Shown here piece after piece: positions 55,936 to 58,048 of a stretch of DNA of 58,048 bases. The notes beneath the pieces were generated by a model. That model did no database searches. It saw only the letters and a list, made by a program, of their open reading frames with translations, and was not told the origin of the DNA. The stretch is from an uncultured Eubacteriales bacterium. GTDB taxonomy: Bacteria; Bacillota; Clostridia; Lachnospirales; Lachnospiraceae. Made by a program: the position numbers and the translations under genes. The number at the start of each line of letters is the position of its first letter. Position 1 is the first letter of the stretch. The stretch covers positions 1-58,048 of the forward strand of contig CAVFLH010000001.1 in the NCBI GenBank assembly GCA_963622995.1, in the 5' to 3' direction.

Positions 55936-56859
55936 TTATTTGCTGAGCGGATCCAGAACATCGCGGATTCCGTCACCTAAAAGATTCAGTCCCAGAACAG
56001 AAAGTGCGGTAAATGTTCCCGGAAATACAATCATCCACCATGCATTGTAGATAACATTCTTACCTTCGTTCAGAATGTTTCCCCAGCTCGGTGCCGGTGC
56101 CGGAACACCTGCGCCAAGGAAGCTGAGCGCCGCCTCTGTGATGATGGAGGAGGCAAACACAAATGTCATCTGTACGATGATCGGGGACAGGATATTCGGT
56201 GCGATATGGTTCCAGAGAATCCTGGTCTTGCTTGCGCCTAAGCACCTCATCGCTTCCACATAGGTCTGTTCCCTCGCGACGAGAGCAGAACCTCTTGCAA
56301 GACGCGCCATACTCGGCGTGTTTACAATCGTGAGAGCAATAATGACATTCTTGATGTCTGCGCCCAGGACGGTCATAAGGGTGATTGCAAGAAGAGTAGA
56401 GGGGATAGCCTTAAGACCGTCACAGAAACGCATCAGTATATTATCCAGATATTTGTTAGTTGTCGCATATAAACCGAGCATCATTCCGAGAAATCCGGAG
56501 GTGATGCCTACGGTAAATCCTACAAACATGGAAATCCTTGCCCCGTAGAGGACTCTTGCGAAAAGATCTCTTCCCATGCTGTCTGTGCCGAACCAGTGAA
56601 CTGCGCTCGGCCCCTTTAATCGGACTTTCATGTCCAGAGCCAACGGATCGCACTGTGCCAGAACCGGTGCCAGAATTGCCAGCGTCAGCATCGCGACTAC
56701 GATCACGAAACCGACCACTGATAATTTATTTCTCAAAAATTTATGTAACTGGAGTTCTCTCTGTTCTTTTAAGAGACGGTCTCTCACTTCCTTTAAGGAA
56801 CCGTCCATCTCTTTTGTGAACGGAGTATCCATTCTCATCGTCTTTGTCATAGCTGTCAT
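55936..56859 (-). CDS. Peptide/nickel ABC transporter permease (OppC/DppC-like)
   Basis: HWFGTDSMGRD, EAA loop YVEAMRCLGA and EAALSFLG. ATG 56859 follows GGAGG. Confidence 0.92.
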   Translation of the reverse strand: MTAMTKTMRMDTPFTKEMDGSLKEVRDRLLKEQRELQLHKFLRNKLSVVGFVIVVAMLTLAILAPVLAQCDPLALDMKVRLKGPSAVHWFGTDSMGRDLFARVLYGARISMFVGFTVGITSGFLGMMLGLYATTNKYLDNILMRFCDGLKAIPSTLLAITLMTVLGADIKNVIIALTIVNTPSMARLARGSALVAREQTYVEAMRCLGASKTRILWNHIAPNILSPIIVQMTFVFASSIITEAALSFLGAGVPAPAPSWGNILNEGKNVIYNAWWMIVFPGTFTALSVLGLNLLGDGIRDVLDPLSK

Positions 56860-56893
56860 ATTGATTCCTCCCAACTTCAAGTCGTGCTGTTCT

Positions 56894-57838
56894 TTATCCA
56901 AGACGTACACGCGGATCTGCAATTCCGTATAACAGGTCTACCATCAGGTTGATAAACACGTTGATGCACGCGATGATCAGGACGATTGCCTGAATCACGT
57001 AATAATCGCGGCGGCCGATGGAGTTTACCATGAGCTGTCCCATGCCTGGGATCGCAAACATATATTCCACAACAGCGGCTCCTGCAAGTGCTCCGACGAT
57101 ACTCTGACCGATCGTTGTGATGACCGGGATCAGGGCGTTCCGGAAAGCGTGTTTCGCGATCAGGAAGAATTCTCTTACGCCTTTGGCTTTCGCCATCTTG
57201 ATGTAGTCACTGTTTAACACTTCTAACATCGACGCCTTTGTCATTCTCATTAAAAGTGCGGAGTGCATGAATCCTAAGGCAACTCCCGGAAGGATCAGGG
57301 AGCGGATATGTGGGATAAAACCGTCTGACATTGTTTTGTATCCGGAAACCGGAAGCCATTTTAACTTCACGGCGAATACCATCATAAGAAACAGACCAAG
57401 TAAAAAGCTTGGAAGAGAAATTCCCGTGAGGGAAATCGCGGAGACCGCGGAATCAACTGCCGTTCCTTTCTTTCTGGCTGCGATGATTCCCAGCGGAATC
57501 GCAAGACATAGGGCAACGATCGTAGAAAAGATCGTGAGGGAGATCGTCGGCTCCCAGTGGCTGGATATCATGCTGGCCACCGTCTCATTGCCGGCAACAC
57601 TCATGCCGAAGTCTCCGTGAAAGATATTTCCGATCCAGATGAAATACTGCTCTACCACAGGTTTATCGAGCCCCATCTTCGCCCGGAGCGCCGCGATATC
57701 TTCCACCGTGGCCTCATCGCCAAGAATAGAAGCTGCCGGATCGCCAGGTGTCAGGTGCACCACTGAAAAGATAACGACGGATACGATGATCAGTACTGGA
57801 ATAATGGAAAGTACCCGTCCTACGATGAATTTTCTCAT
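56894..57838 (-). CDS. Peptide/nickel ABC transporter permease (OppB/DppB-like)
   Basis: PGDPA, GLDKP..QY, GDFG, DYIKMAKAKG, HAFRNA and ADPRV. ATG 57838 follows GAGG. Confidence 0.92.
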   Translation of the reverse strand: MRKFIVGRVLSIIPVLIIVSVVIFSVVHLTPGDPAASILGDEATVEDIAALRAKMGLDKPVVEQYFIWIGNIFHGDFGMSVAGNETVASMISSHWEPTISLTIFSTIVALCLAIPLGIIAARKKGTAVDSAVSAISLTGISLPSFLLGLFLMMVFAVKLKWLPVSGYKTMSDGFIPHIRSLILPGVALGFMHSALLMRMTKASMLEVLNSDYIKMAKAKGVREFFLIAKHAFRNALIPVITTIGQSIVGALAGAAVVEYMFAIPGMGQLMVNSIGRRDYYVIQAIVLIIACINVFINLMVDLLYGIADPRVRLG

Positions 57839-57969
57839 ATTGTCCTCTCCCTTCTTGCTATGCAGGAAAAACAAATAAAAAAGCACACAATGCGGCTTTT
57901 GATACGCCATTGTATGCTCAACAGTTATCTTTTTTCTTTTTGTTTTTTCTGCTCCTGTAATTGCGTTTT

Positions 57970-58000
57970 ATTCTACTGTCCATAATTGAATTTGTCAATT
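57970..58000 (-). promoter_or_regulatory. Sigma-A promoter of the ABC operon with overlapping dyad
   Basis: TTGACA-17 bp-TAGAAT. AATTGA-N5-TCAATT (57984-58000) covers the -35. Confidence 0.6.
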
Positions 58001-58048
58001 AATGATTATGTATATATATTCAGACTATTTCGCCGGTTTGTTTAGTTG

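Noticed and set aside
989..57878. Numerous 60-230 aa ORFs antisense to or out of frame within called genes (e.g. 11754-12431, 13568-14269, 41377-42288)
   Set aside because: Shadow ORFs expected from codon bias, with no RBS or domain signatures.
1..58048. CRISPR array, tRNA/rRNA genes, prophage or transposase
   Set aside because: No regularly spaced direct repeats, cloverleaf or rRNA signatures, or such proteins were seen by eye. A covariance-model scan would be needed to exclude small RNAs.

Overview
Chromosomal window from a low-to-medium GC Firmicute. Gene content and order are Clostridia/Lachnospiraceae-like (inferred from gene families, not from a database search). It is densely coding, with about 40 genes. 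Left part: a CstA-family transporter behind a complete T-box riboswitch with an Ile (AUC) specifier, yhaM, an HtrA-fold protein lacking its catalytic triad, mutS2, an OmpR-type two-component pair, an EtfB/Fe-S-EtfA/FAD 2-hydroxy-acid dehydrogenase/YkvI-like operon, an MBL-fold hydrolase, and two tandem LeuD/LeuC-like pairs. Middle part: nrdDG with NrdR boxes, a radical SAM gene, an LRR + DUF2201/VWA + MoxR-AAA module, three MATE pumps, ddh, rsmA, tatD, a TraX-family gene and metG with a Met T-box. Right part: a C26 hydrolase/M20/YfcC operon with a 19-bp-spacer promoter followed by a MerR regulator fused to a methyltransferase-like fold, a DUF885 lipoprotein, a truncated Na+/solute symporter next to an orphan DUF1667 gene, and an Opp/Dpp ABC operon with two paralogous binding proteins and an M20 peptidase. 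A 142-bp MITE-like element occurs once in full and once truncated at the window start. I saw no rRNA, tRNA, CRISPR array, transposase or phage gene. Best leads: the Ile T-box/CstA link, the MerR-methyltransferase regulon, and the double LeuCD plus Etf-dehydrogenase cluster. Product calls come from motif recognition only, and novelty is unverified.
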